Below, piece after piece: positions 39,342 through 51,100 of a DNA stretch of 64,000 nucleotides. This DNA comes from Eledone cirrhosa (taxonomy: Eukaryota). Within the stretch, counting starts at the first letter, position 1; each line of letters begins with the position of its first letter. A program made the translations under genes and the position numbers. The notes below the pieces were generated by a model. The model saw nothing but the letters and a program-made list of their open reading frames with translations. It ran no database searches and was not told the DNA's origin. The DNA is taken from assembly GCA_964016885.1 (NCBI GenBank), contig OZ024741.1:226734001-226798000 (forward strand). The letters run 5' to 3'.

Positions 39342-42300
39342 TTTATTTATTTGCCACAAGGGCGCACAAGAAAAGGGGACAATACAAAGACATGCCGGGG
39401 ATTTTACATACATTTGTGTAAAAATATTTAAACAAACAATTATAACAATCGAAATCCCCAATAGGCGCCACAAATGGGTTGTTTAAAACCCAGTCGATAG
39501 AACAACCCTCAACTTCAGGAGCGTGTTGTGCAAGTGCTCCTTTCTTCCTTTTGCTCTCTTCTTTAACCTACCGGCTTATAAACAGAGAAGGCCCAATCAC
39601 TCTGGCCATTTTCACTTTATTCACCCACCGTTCAGTAAATTTACTGGGGTGCAGTGCCTCTCCCTCCACTCTGATTCTCCTTCTAAAGTAATACTTAAAG
39701 AAGGGAATCAATTGTTTTCCGGAGAGAAAAGCATCTGTCCTCAGTCCTCTCAATCTCGTCCACCGTATAATCTCTCTCACCATAACCACTATACAGAGAA
39801 AACCCGCCTCTCTTTCGTTTTTGAAAGAGGTTGGCGGTTTGATCCTTACTATGGACTCGGCAGTCAACTGGATTTGTCCCATACGCGACAGCAGTTGTTC
39901 TGCATAGTTCCACAGGTCGCTTACGCCCGGGCAGTGTAGAATTGCGTGCAAGACGGTTTCAATTTCCTGTTCGCATATTGGACACGTCCTCTTGGAAGGA
40001 TCCCTGCCGGGGCGTCCGTGCCTGTAGACCTTATGTCGAACGGGTAGAGCTCCTCGGTAGCACTGCCAGGCCAGGGACCTCTGGAAGTTGTCCATATGTC
40101 CCGGGTGGAAAGTCCTACCGAACAGACTGGTGAGCTCGTCGTCTTTGACTCCTAGAGTCTCCCCGAGCACGCCGTAGCACTTGTAAAGTACTAACCCTCT
40201 ATAGAATGTCTAACCCTCTATAGAATCCACTGATTGCTGTGCCCGCTTGACAGAGGACTGTGGGCGCCTGGGCGCATTCAATGTGCCAGGCGCCCATCTT
40301 CTTCGGTCTCCGCTTGACCCAGGACTGCAGCTCCGTCAACAGGACAAGTTGTGGGAAGGCCTGTCTCACAAACGGTGCCCACACCGGTTGGTCGGTGAGG
40401 AATACCTGGAGATGCCGTAGCCTCAGCGCATGTTTGCGCATCATTAGCCACGGCATGCCCAGCCCTCTGTTGGAAGGGTGTTGACAGCAGACGGATCTCC
40501 TCACCAGTGGAGCCTCCTTCATCCACAGGAACTGGAAGAGCATGCCTTCCATGTTGGTGAGGTATTCACCGGAACAAGGTATGACAGGCAAGCCGTAGTA
40601 GATGACGGACGCTATGAAAGTGTTCGCCACCTCCGCTCGACCTTTCAAAGACAGGTTGCACTCTGCCCACTTCTGAGTGAGCGCAAATACCTTGGACATG
40701 GCCTCGATCCAGTTTTTCTCCACCTAGAGGTCTGGACCGAACCAGACCCCCAAGCCATTTCACTGGTCCTTCCGTCCAGCGTCCGACGACGCTGTCAGAC
40801 GGCATGGTTTGCCTCTCCAGGTTGCGAGCTGCAAACTGACTGACTTGTCCGGGTTCAGTTTTACTCCTGTGAACCTTTCGTATTCCTGTCGTAGGTTGCC
40901 GATTACCTTGATTTCCGAGGTTTTCGACACAATTATCGTCACGTTGTCAGCATAAGCCGACGCCGCTTTTCGCAGTCCCGTTTCTAGAGGGATGCCCTGC
41001 AAAAGCTCCAACTTCCGCAGTAGTGGCTCTAGAGTCAATACGTACAGAATGGAGGAGATAGGGCATCCCTGTCGAATGGAACCCGTGATTGTGAACGGCT
41101 CCGATAGGTAACCGTTCACCTTGACCTTCGAGAAGATGCTGGTGTTCATTGCCTTGATCCAGCCTCTGAAAACGGGACCGAAACCGGCCACCTTGAGAAC
41201 CGCTTCCAAGTATCGATGGTCGACCCTATCGAATGCCTTAGACTGATCTAAATTGATCAGAGCCCCACCGAAGCCGGGTTTACACCCCACCCTCTCTATG
41301 ATGTATCGCATGAGGTGGAGGTTGTCGTGTATGGACCTGGTCGCGATTGCACACGTTTCGCTTTCCCTAGCAGGTTTTCGACGACAAGCGCCAGCCTCGT
41401 TGCCAGCACCTTGGCCAAAATCTTTAACTCCACGTTGAGAAGAATTATGGGCCTGAAATTGTTTATTTCGTCCCCTTGTTCTCATCTTTCCTGATCAGCG
41501 TTACTACGCTCCTACCTGCAGAACTGGGAATTCTCCCGTTCTGCTGCCAATTGCAGTAGACGGCTTCGAGGACGCCAGAGAACAAGCCCGGCATGCCTAT
41601 GTAAATCTCATCTAGACCGGGTGATTTGCGTTTCCCGCAGCGGTCCAGAGCGTCCCGTATCTCAGTGGCTGTGATCGGTCTTTAGCAGAACTCGGCGTCC
41701 ATGCCCGAGAGACGCGGCAGGCCGTCGAGGTATGAACCAAAGTCCATTGCCCCGTAGCACGCGTCCATTTTGGTCTTTCAGAGACCGAATCGTGGACTTG
41801 TTGCCACTTTTCGCTTCCGCCACTCGGGCCCAGCAAACAGCTTTTGCTCCCTCGTTTCCTAGAGCACGTGATTTACTTCTGACCACGCAGCCTTCGTGTT
41901 TTGCGTCGAAGAACTGGTGCAGTGCCGTTCTCGATGCTAGCACTCTAGCTGCGTTGCCACTCCTAAGCGCCTCTTCTACCTTGGCTACTATTTCTGTTTC
42001 TGATTTGTTTTTCTCTAAAGCTAATTCTCTGCTAAAGCCTATCAATTCTACTCTAATTTCTCTCTTGAGAGAGTACCACCATCTATTGTTACGATGGCTC
42101 CCGTCAACTCTTGCTTAACTAATCTACTTATCCGTTCACTGTAGGCTTTTCGTGCCGGCAACGACACGTTCAGCTTCCGGTATTCGGGTCCTTGTCTATG
42201 TATTCTATCCCGGTTGACTATGCAGACGACTAGTTTGTGATCTGAATAGGCAACCATGTACATTTGTGGACAGCTTAACATCTTCTTGTCCTTCTCTCTA

Positions 42301-44423
42301 ATGAAAAACCTATCTAGATACGATCTAGATGTCCCGCAGCGGTTTGCCCACGTCCAATGTGCTGCAGTCGGAAAATCTAGTCGATACATATCGGCCAGTT
42401 GGAATTGGCCGATAAGATTTTTTAGGCTGTTGCACCGCCCTCTACTGGGACATGCTCCCACATAGTCCCATCGTGCATTTAGGATACCATTCCAGTCCCC
42501 CACTAAAAGCAAGGAACGAGACGTTCCCAGAAAAGACTCTAGTCGCTTAAAGAAGTCTGGCCGTGATAGCGATTGCCCGGTCGGGGCATAGACGGCCACC
42601 AGTCTGAAGGCTCCACCTCCAATACTGTTCACGTCTAGGACTACCAGTCTACCCTCCGTGTCCAAGTGTACTTGCTATACTTCGACGTCCAGGTTCTTCC
42701 GAAACATGACAGCCACTCCCCCTCCACCTTCCGGCTGACAGAGAGATGCGTAGATCTCAAAGTCATTGAAGATGGGGGTTAGTTGTTGCCTGTTGTGGAT
42801 CCTGGACTCGGTGATGACTATTACATCTATACGGTGTGACTTAAGGTCGTTTAAAAGTTGGCCCTGTTTCCAGGGCATCCCTAGGCCACGTACATTCACG
42901 CTTCCAACTCGTAAGTCAGCCATGTTGGTGGAGAAGAGTTTGCGAAAAGGACGAAAAGGTGCACTTACCTTTTCGTTTCCTGGAGATCGGGTTGTTCAAT
43001 CTCCATTTCAGTTCTGGTGGGGGTGTTGAGTGGGGTGGGGAAACATTTTAATAGGACGCGGTTAATGGGCTTTTGACAGGGGTTGCCAACATCCTGTGAA
43101 AACTCTTCTTTCAATTTCTGACAGGTTTCTATCGAAACCCTTATTAGTTTTAGGTGTGGTTGAGAGTCTGCTTTGACAAAAGTTTTCCCCTCAGTTTCTA
43201 CTATCGGGTCTTGGGAGATGACCTCCATTACGTTTTTGTTGTTTGGGTTAATGTATGTGTATTATTGTTTGTTTTTCTGGTAGGGGGGGGGGGGGGTTGA
43301 TTGTGGTGGTATTTGTGTTGTTGTTTGCGTTGGTGGTTGTGTGTTCGTGTTGGTGATTGTTGTTTTTGTGGCTTTGCGGTGTCTCTTTTTTTGTTTTGTT
43401 TTTATTTCCGAGGCTCGCCTTCATCTTCACTTGGGGATGAAGAAGTAGCCTCGTCTGGTGATGAATCGTCATCAGGGGCGTCTGGGAGGAGTATGTTGTG
43501 TGGTGATGGTGTGTTTGTGTGTGTGATTGTGGTAGTGTTGGATGAAGTGGGATGGGGTGGGACTGTGTTATTCAGGGGAATTGTTTGTGTTTTTCTGTTG
43601 AACAGTTGTTTGTTTTTGTGTGTTTGCTTGTTTTGTGTATTGTTGTTGTTGTAGTGGTTTTGGTGTTGGTGTTGGTAAAAGTACTTTTTGGGTGGTGGTG
43701 GTGTTTGTTCGTAATAGGAGACAGGAGGCCTTTAAATGCGATGTGCTTGCGCATTTAAAACAATGTGGCCTCCTGATTTCTGCCGAAATGTGGATGTAAC
43801 TGGTATTGTATACCCTTTCTGGTATCTTTGAAATTCTGTCCGGTTTCAATGGGACCAAAATTTCCAAGCTTGTGCCATTCCAGGTGTTTCTTGTGGATTT
43901 TTGAATCGACAGTATTGTGTCTTCATCCTCCTCCAAGAACTTTGCCGAAATCCACCAGATGTTAATGTTGGGTGGTATATTGGTAACGTTTATTCTTTGT
44001 GTTCTTTTTCCCATGTATGTAGGGAAAAGGGTGTGTGTGGCAGAGGTGACCGGGGTCACTGAGTATCTTTTCGCAAGAGCCTCACTTTTGAAGAGCACCT
44101 AAATGCTTCCATATAGTTTAGCCCTTTGTATGAATTGTATGTCTGACATTGCCTCTTTCAAGACGATTTCAATTTCGCCTTGAGTAAGGAAAGCCGTTTT
44201 TTTGTTTGTTCAAAATCGTGCGAAAAATCACAGTCCTTCGCATAGTGTCGGCTTTGATTTGTGGCGGAGGGATGATTTTAAATCCCCCTTTATCCTCGAA
44301 GGTAATATATGTTTTTCCTTCATTGATAATTTCCTTTGCATTGGAAATATCAATATTTGTAAAAGTTCCTTTGCTTATTGTCGCAAAAGGTTTTTTTATG
44401 GTTGCTGTTGTTGTTGTTGTCAT
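39342..44423 (-). mobile_element. Near full-length Tx1-type LINE, decayed
   Basis: ORF1 with CCHC knuckle CFKCASTSHLKASC; ORF2 from 42923 (SVNVRGL, VYAP, GDWN, YLDR, SDHK, LDQSKAFDRVDH, RQGCP, YADNV, zf-RVT). Confidence 0.93.
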
Positions 44424-44749
44424 TGATAGATAGATAGTAACAAATATTTGCGATTGTGTGTCATTATGAATATAAAGCCTGAATATAATATCTAAATTTT
44501 CAAAGATAGTTAGTTTGAGCAGTATTTAACGAATAGGTCTAAACATTTACTTGGAAATGATTAGTCACTATCAGTTTGTCTCAGCTGTTGGGCGTCTCTA
44601 CGTTAGCTAATAAAACAATTTTTATGAGACAAAAACGGATTGATAGTCGCCATTGTGTCGTATGTGTGTCGGTAATGAAACTCCTGTTAGATCGATAGCA
44701 AGCAAAATCAATGAAACAATAAGAGGAGAAAGAAAGAGATTAAAGGAAT

Positions 44750-45510
44750 CAGTGGGCGAGTTGATTGATGAGTGTTGCTGAGTGAGCGGATGGGTGAGTG
44801 GCTGGGTGAGTGTTGTTGAGTGAGTGGGTGGGTGAGAGTTGCTGGGTGAGTGGCTGAGTGAGTGTTGCTGAGTGAGTGGATGGGTGAGTGGTTGCGTGAT
44901 TGTAGTTGGGTGAGTGGCTGGATGAGTGGATAGGTGAGTGGTTGGGTGAGTGGCTCAGTGAGTGTTGCTGAGTGAGTGGTTGGCTGAGTGCTGCTGAGTG
45001 AGTGGCTGGGTAAGTGTTGCTGAGTGAGTGGCTGGATGAGTGTTGCTGAGTGAGTGGCTGGGTGAGTGTTGCTGAGTGAGTGTTGCTGAGTGAGTGGCTG
45101 GGTGAGTGTTGCTGAGTGAGTGGCTGGGTGAGTGTTGCTGGGTGAGTATTGCTGAGTGAGTGGATAAGTGTGTGTTGCTGGGTGAGTGGCTGGGTGAGTG
45201 GATGTGTGAGGAGATGGGTGAGTGGCTTGGTCAATGAGAGCGTGTGAAAGTGAGTGAGCGGGCGAGTTAATAAGTGAGTTAGTGAATGAGAGAATGGGTG
45301 AGTGAATGGGTGGACGGGTGAGTGAGTGACTGAGTGGGTGAAAGGTTGAGTAGGTGAATTAGTGGTTGAATGGGTGACTGTATAATTGACTGAGTGGAGG
45401 TTTGAGTGGAGGAGTGAGTGTACAGGTGGATGGGTGAATAAGTGAGTGGGTGAATCAGTCAGTGAGTGACTGGGTGAATGAGTTAATGAGTGGAGGGCTG
45501 AGTGAGTAAA
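44750..45510. repeat. Degenerate (TGAG)n-derived minisatellite
   Basis: Recurring GTGAGTGTTGCTGAGTGAGTGGCTGG. Confidence 0.85.
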
Positions 45511-45749
45511 TGAGTGGGTAGGTGAGTGGATGGGTTAGGGAATGAGTGGGTGGGTGAGTGGATGGGTTAGGGAATGAGTGGGTAGGTGAGTGGATGGGTT
45601 AGGGAATGAGTGGGTAGGTGAGTGGATGGGTTAGGGAATGAGTGGGTGGGTGAGTGGATGGGTTAGGGAATGAGTGGGTGGGTGAGTGGATGGGTTAGGG
45701 AATGAGTGGGTGGATGAGTGGATGGGTTAGGGAATGAGTGGGTGGGTGA
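45511..45749 (+). repeat. 32-bp minisatellite (7+ copies) containing GGGTTAGGG
   Basis: Unit TGAGTGGGT(A/G)GGTGAGTGGATGGGTTAGGGAA at 45511, 45543, 45575... Confidence 0.92.
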
Positions 45750-46204
45750 AACATTGACGATGTTTGTGATTGAATGAGTAAGTAGGAGTGAAATAAAGAG
45801 TGAAGTAGAGTGAGTGTATGTGTGTGTATATGTATGTATGTGTGTGTGTATGTGTGTATGTGTGTATGTGTATGTATGTATGTATGTGTGTGTATGTATG
45901 TGTGTGTATGTATGTGTGTGTATGTGTGTGTATGTGTGTGTATATGTGATGCAGAGATGAGTACGTCTACTTAGTTTGTTGGCCTGTTAGCAATAGTAAT
46001 TCAATATTAGTCAAACTGAATAAAATTTCATATCTCAAAAACGCGGGAGGGTCATAACTGGAATAGGTTTGACCATTGACCTCCAGTATCAATTTTGAGC
46101 TGTCAGGGGAGAGAACGCATAAACACCAAACAACAGCAACAAAGACAAAGAAACGGAGTGCAATGATATTAAATAAATGGAAACTATATTTATAAAACCA
46201 TATT

Positions 46205-46266
46205 TATTCAATTATATATATTTCAAGGGTACCAAAAACTTTGGTACGCTTTCATCAGATAAAATA
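46205..46266 (-). ncRNA. Type I hammerhead motif (in fold-back ~46157-46462)
   Basis: TATTTTAT-CTGATGA-AAGcGTACCAAA..TTTGGTACcCTT-GAAA-TATATA-TA-ATTGAATA; inverted copy 46355-46417 has a C3->A change. Confidence 0.7.
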
Positions 46267-46486
46267 CAAAAAGTGTTCTATAACTACCCAAGGAAAATTC
46301 AACTGATAAGGTATGGTTTCCTTGGCTATGTCAACATTTATAAAACACTCTTTGTATTTTATATGATGAAAGCGTACCAAATTTTTTTGGTACCCTTGAA
46401 ATATATATAATAGAATAAATATGGTTTTATAAATATAGTTTCCATTTATTTAATATCATTGAATATATATGTATATTTCTATCGCT

Positions 46487-46560
<74 letters not shown>

Positions 46561-46599
46561 GATATTAACAAATGGAAACTATATTTATAAAACCATATT

Positions 46600-46664
46600 T
46601 ATTTCATTATACATATTTCAAGGACACCAAGTTAAATTATGGTGTGCTTTCATCAGATAAAATA
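46600..46664 (-). ncRNA. Type I hammerhead motif, paralogue with compensatory stem II
   Basis: TATTTTAT-CTGATGA-AAGcACACCA...TGGTGTcCTT-GAAA-TATGTA-TA-ATGAAATA. Confidence 0.7.
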
Positions 46665-46737
46665 TAATATAGAGCAGTTTTATAAATAAATATTGACATA
46701 CCCTTAAAGAATGCAACCCTTACTGTTGGAAGCTCCC

Positions 46738-46792
<55 letters not shown>

Positions 46793-46818
46793 AAGAGTCA
46801 TGCCCCGACGGCTGAGCT

Positions 46819-46874
46819 CCGGCCGTTTCGACAGCTAGGTCTGAACGTTCAGACCTAGCTGTCGAAACGGCCGG
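46819..46874. repeat. 56-bp perfect palindrome
   Basis: CCGGCCGTTTCGACAGCTAGGTCTGAAC|GTTCAGACCTAGCTGTCGAAACGGCCGG. Confidence 0.95.
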
Positions 46875-47032
46875 GGTGCTGACTCTTTTCCTATTACCCA
46901 CTCTACTACTCTAGACATGAGCCATTCCAGAGAGATCTATTCAGATGATTATTGATATATTGGGAACTCCAATATATCAGTAATCATCTGTCTGTTGTTG
47001 TTGTTGCTGTTGTTGTTGTTATTATTATTTAA

Positions 47033-47240
47033 GGGCGGTTGATTGGCAGTATCGGTAGAGGGTCGGACGCCATGCTTTGCAGCACAGTTACGTCCCTTTA
47101 CGGACTAAGTTCAAACTCGCCGAGGTTAACTTTGCCTTTCATCCTTACGGGGTCGATTAAATAAAGTACCAGTCACGCACTGGGGTCGATTTAATCGACT
47201 TTCCCCTCCCCCAAAATTGCTGGCCTATAAGAAACAATTA
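47033..47240 (+). mobile_element. tRNA-derived SINE (longer variant)
   Basis: A/B boxes, core, extra GGGGTCGATTTAATCGACTT segment. Confidence 0.9.
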
Positions 47241-47250
47241 TTATTATTAT

Positions 47251-47594
47251 TGGAGTCTCAGTCATTGATGTTATTTAAATAGAAAGTTTCTTCAAATGAA
47301 CATCAAGCCCATACCTGCAGCCTCAGATATTCAGAACGTATCTGAGGGTTCTTGCTGTTCCCAGCAAGCATGCCGTTTGAAGTGTTCCAAAAAAGGGGGT
47401 TGGACTAATGTTCTTTAACCATCCTTGAAAACTCTTCGAGATAGTACCTAGTGCTCCTATGACAATCGGGGCGACCTTGATCTCATGACAGTCCCAAATC
47501 CTTTTTAACTCCCACGTTAACTCCATTAGCATTCCTTCTGTAGCTTTTTTAAGGTTTCCTCTTTTTAAGCAGCTCCATGTCTGTGGGTCTCTCA
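47251..47594 (-). mobile_element. Dong/R4-like 3' fragment with internal deletion
   Basis: Matches 53896-54150 and ~54620-54680; flanked by (ATT)n on both sides. Confidence 0.85.
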
Positions 47595-47633
47595 TTATTA
47601 TTATTATTGTTATTATTATTATTATTATTATTT

Positions 47634-47995
47634 AGGGAATGAATTGGCAGTATCGGTAGAGTGTCAGACACCATGCTTTGTAGCATAGAGTTGTGGCCCT
47701 TTACGTTCTGAGTTCAAATCCCCCCCGAGGTTAACTTGCCTTTCATCCTTGCGGGGTCGATTTAATCGACTTTCCCCTCTCCAAAAATTGTTGGCCTTGT
47801 GCCTATATAAGAAACCATTTGGCAGTATCGGTACATCGGACGCCATGCTTTACAGCAGAGTTACGTCGCCTACACGTTCTGAGTTCAAATCCCGCCTAGG
47901 TTAACTTTGCCTTTCATCCTTACGGGGTCGATAAAATAAAGTACCAGTAATGCACTGGGATAATTGCTGGCCTTGTGCCAAAAATAGAAACAATT
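47634..47995 (+). mobile_element. Two tandem SINE copies (47634-47817, 47820-47995)
   Basis: Two successive TGGCAGTATCGG...GAGTTCAAATCC...core units. Confidence 0.85.
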
Positions 47996-48164
47996 GTTAT
48001 TGAAGGTGAAGCCACGCTTCTTATCGCCTCCAGTTTTTTTTTCAACAGTTTACCTCGTTTTCAACCGTTCTAAACCTTTTATTCAAGTTTTAAACTTGAT
48101 AGAAGTTTAGAAGAAGTGACCCACCTAATACAGGGGTTCACTCGTAAATAATACGGCACCCCCT

Positions 48165-51100
48165 TTACGTGGTGTCGTATTGTGTAAAAATATTATTTGA
48201 AAAAAAAATTTCTCTCAACATGGATAACACAAGAAAGAGAGAGAGCGCTGTCAGACAACACAGAGAGAGGGAGACTTTGTCAACATATCAACAAGACAGC
48301 GTTCTAGTGAAGGGACATTTAAATTTAAAAGAAAATATTACGAAGGAAAAGAGGAGCAATAGCATTTTTAATGATATCGTTACAGATTTAAAATTACCAA
48401 ATACAAAATAACACCAACAACAACACCATCAATAACAACAGCAACAACAAAAATAACAACGGTAAGGTCGAGATCGACAATAACAATGACAATAACAATA
48501 GCCACAACAACAATAATAGTAGGAACAGTATCAACAAAAAACAACAATAATAGCAACAGCCACAATAACAGTAACAACAGCAACAGTATCAACGAAAACA
48601 ACAACAACAACAACAGCAACAACAGTACCAACGAAAACATCAGCAATGACAGCGATACCTGTAACAGCGATCTCAGCACCACCAGTAAGACCAGTAACGG
48701 CAGCAATACTGGTGCCGCTGAAAAAGGGACCACTTCTTTTGCGAAATATCGAAACAGTGTTAGTCACAGAGGAGGAGATGGCAGTGGCAAGGGCCATGGT
48801 GACAAGAAACGCCAATAGAGTTTCCTTGAAACCTCCACCCGATTCTTTCAAGGACCAGCAGCTACGGACGGTGACTTACCGCACCGTAAGCAAAATCTCA
48901 CATCGGGTGGAGAGAGCCACGGAGGCTCAAATCCAAAAGGCCTTGGGGTGCGTCTGGGCACGCAAAACCCACATCACCCGAGGCAGAAAGTACGCCACAG
49001 TAGACGTACTTTTCGCCAACCCCCAAGAGGCGAAGTCTCACTCTTTAGAAACCCCAAGGAGTGAGGAGATAGTCTTGGTGCCCTCCTACTGCGGGCAGAA
49101 AATTGTGAGGGTCAAAGTGACCCAGGTCCCACCCCACGTGCCCATACCTTGGCTGGCCGCGTCTGTCCTTGCTGGAATCGAGGACAAGACGACCATGCTG
49201 CAAGTAGAGAAAATAGGGAGAGAGAACTGGTCAGGTATAGGCATGCAAATGCTTATACAAACTGATCAGGAGTGTATCGACGCTATCCCCGATATCATAG
49301 ACCTCGAGGAAGGACTCCAACTCGCTATAAGCGTGGAAGGAAGAGGGCCAAAATGTTATCCCTGTGGGTAAAAGGGTCACCTCAGGGCATTTTGCCCGCA
49401 GAAGATAGCAAAGAAGAAGGCCCCTCTCCTTCCAATACCTGGTCCGCTGCTACCAAGAGCAGGGCGGGCAACAAACGAAGAGCCCCTTCCACAGTGAGTA
49501 GGAGGACAACGTCCGTAGCACCCGTACCAAGGCCACGGACAACTAAAACAGCAGCATCAGTGGCGGCAACACCAGTAGCTACATTTGCATTAGCTGCACC
49601 AGCAACAAAATCGCCGGAGAGGGCTCCACTACCACCACCAACAGCCGTGGAGCACATACCCCTCCCAGACGCCCCGGAATTCGACATGGAGTCTGAGGCG
49701 GGAGTGAAGTGGCAAACTGTCTGCAACAAAAAAAGAAAAAAGAAAAAAACTCTTAGCTTCACCCTCCAAAAGCGAAGACACACAAAGAGAGGCAAAGGCT
49801 GCAAAGAGACTTGCAGCAACACCACCACCATCACCACCACAAGCACCACCGCCAACAAAAACCACACCACCACCAGCATCACCAAAAATACCAACAACAA
49901 AACACACACACCCAACAGCAACAAGAAGAAAACAGCAACAAAATCACCCCCCCCCCCAAAAAAAATGTACACAGCCATAAACATGGCAAATAAAGAACTC
50001 ATACAATATATAAAGCAGCACAAAGACATCACAGAAAAAAACTACAACACCCGACCAACACCAAGAACTCTCCGACAAACATAAGCATCATTGAAATCTC
50101 AATAGAACATTACAAACTTTTAAAACAAAAATTCCCCAACGCAGTTGGAGACTTCAGAGGGTCGGTTACCAAGAGGATATACACTGACATCCTCTTGGAA
50201 ACACCCATGACCAGCCAAAGAGACGGTTCCACACGATCAAGGTAAGAGTCCCTTCTCACTTACTCCGTTTCTCATCCAACATGGCTGAACTTAGAATAGG
50301 CAGTATAAATGCACGTAGCCTGGGGTCATCTTGGAAGCAGTGTCACCTGCTCAACGACCTCAGGTCACTCAACATAGATGGGGTGGCCATCAGCGAGACC
50401 AGAATCTCCAAAGCACGAGCCTTCGCACAGATCTTCGGCGGCTACGATGTATACGTATCTCCCAGTCGTTCAGGATCGGGGGGAGGGGTTGCCGCCCTTT
50501 TTCGGAGAGGCTTGGATCTCGCCATACGGGCCATCTTCCTGGACCCAGAAGGTAAGTCGGTGGTGCTGGACGTGACCGGCAGCGAAAGCAATGCTTTCAG
50601 GCCAGTGCCGTCTACGCCCCAACTGGGACAGGACGGCCAGATTTCTTCAGACGCCTAGAGACCTTTCTTGGAACGTCCCGCTCTTTAGTGTTAGTGGGCG
50701 ACTGGAACGGTATCTTGGATGCACGCTGGGATTGTGTGGGGCTAGTGGATAGGGGAGGAGGATGCAAGAGCCTCAGCAACCTGCTGAGACGTTTTGAACT
50801 GTCTGACAGGTATCGACTGGATCACCCGAATGTTCCAATGTAGACATGGACAAACCGCATCGGATCATCCAGATCGTATCTCGATAGGGTATAAGCTGTC
50901 CACAATTTAAAATAGTCGACTACACAGACCACAAATTTGTGATCTGTGAGATCGACATAGACAGACTTCATAGACAAGGGCCCGGTTACTGGAAGCTGAA
51001 CGCGTCTTTCCCGGCGCGCAAAGCCTACAGAGACCGCATTAGCGTATTAGTTAAGCGGGCGTTGACGGGAGTGGTCGTCAACAACAGGTGGTGGTTCGCC

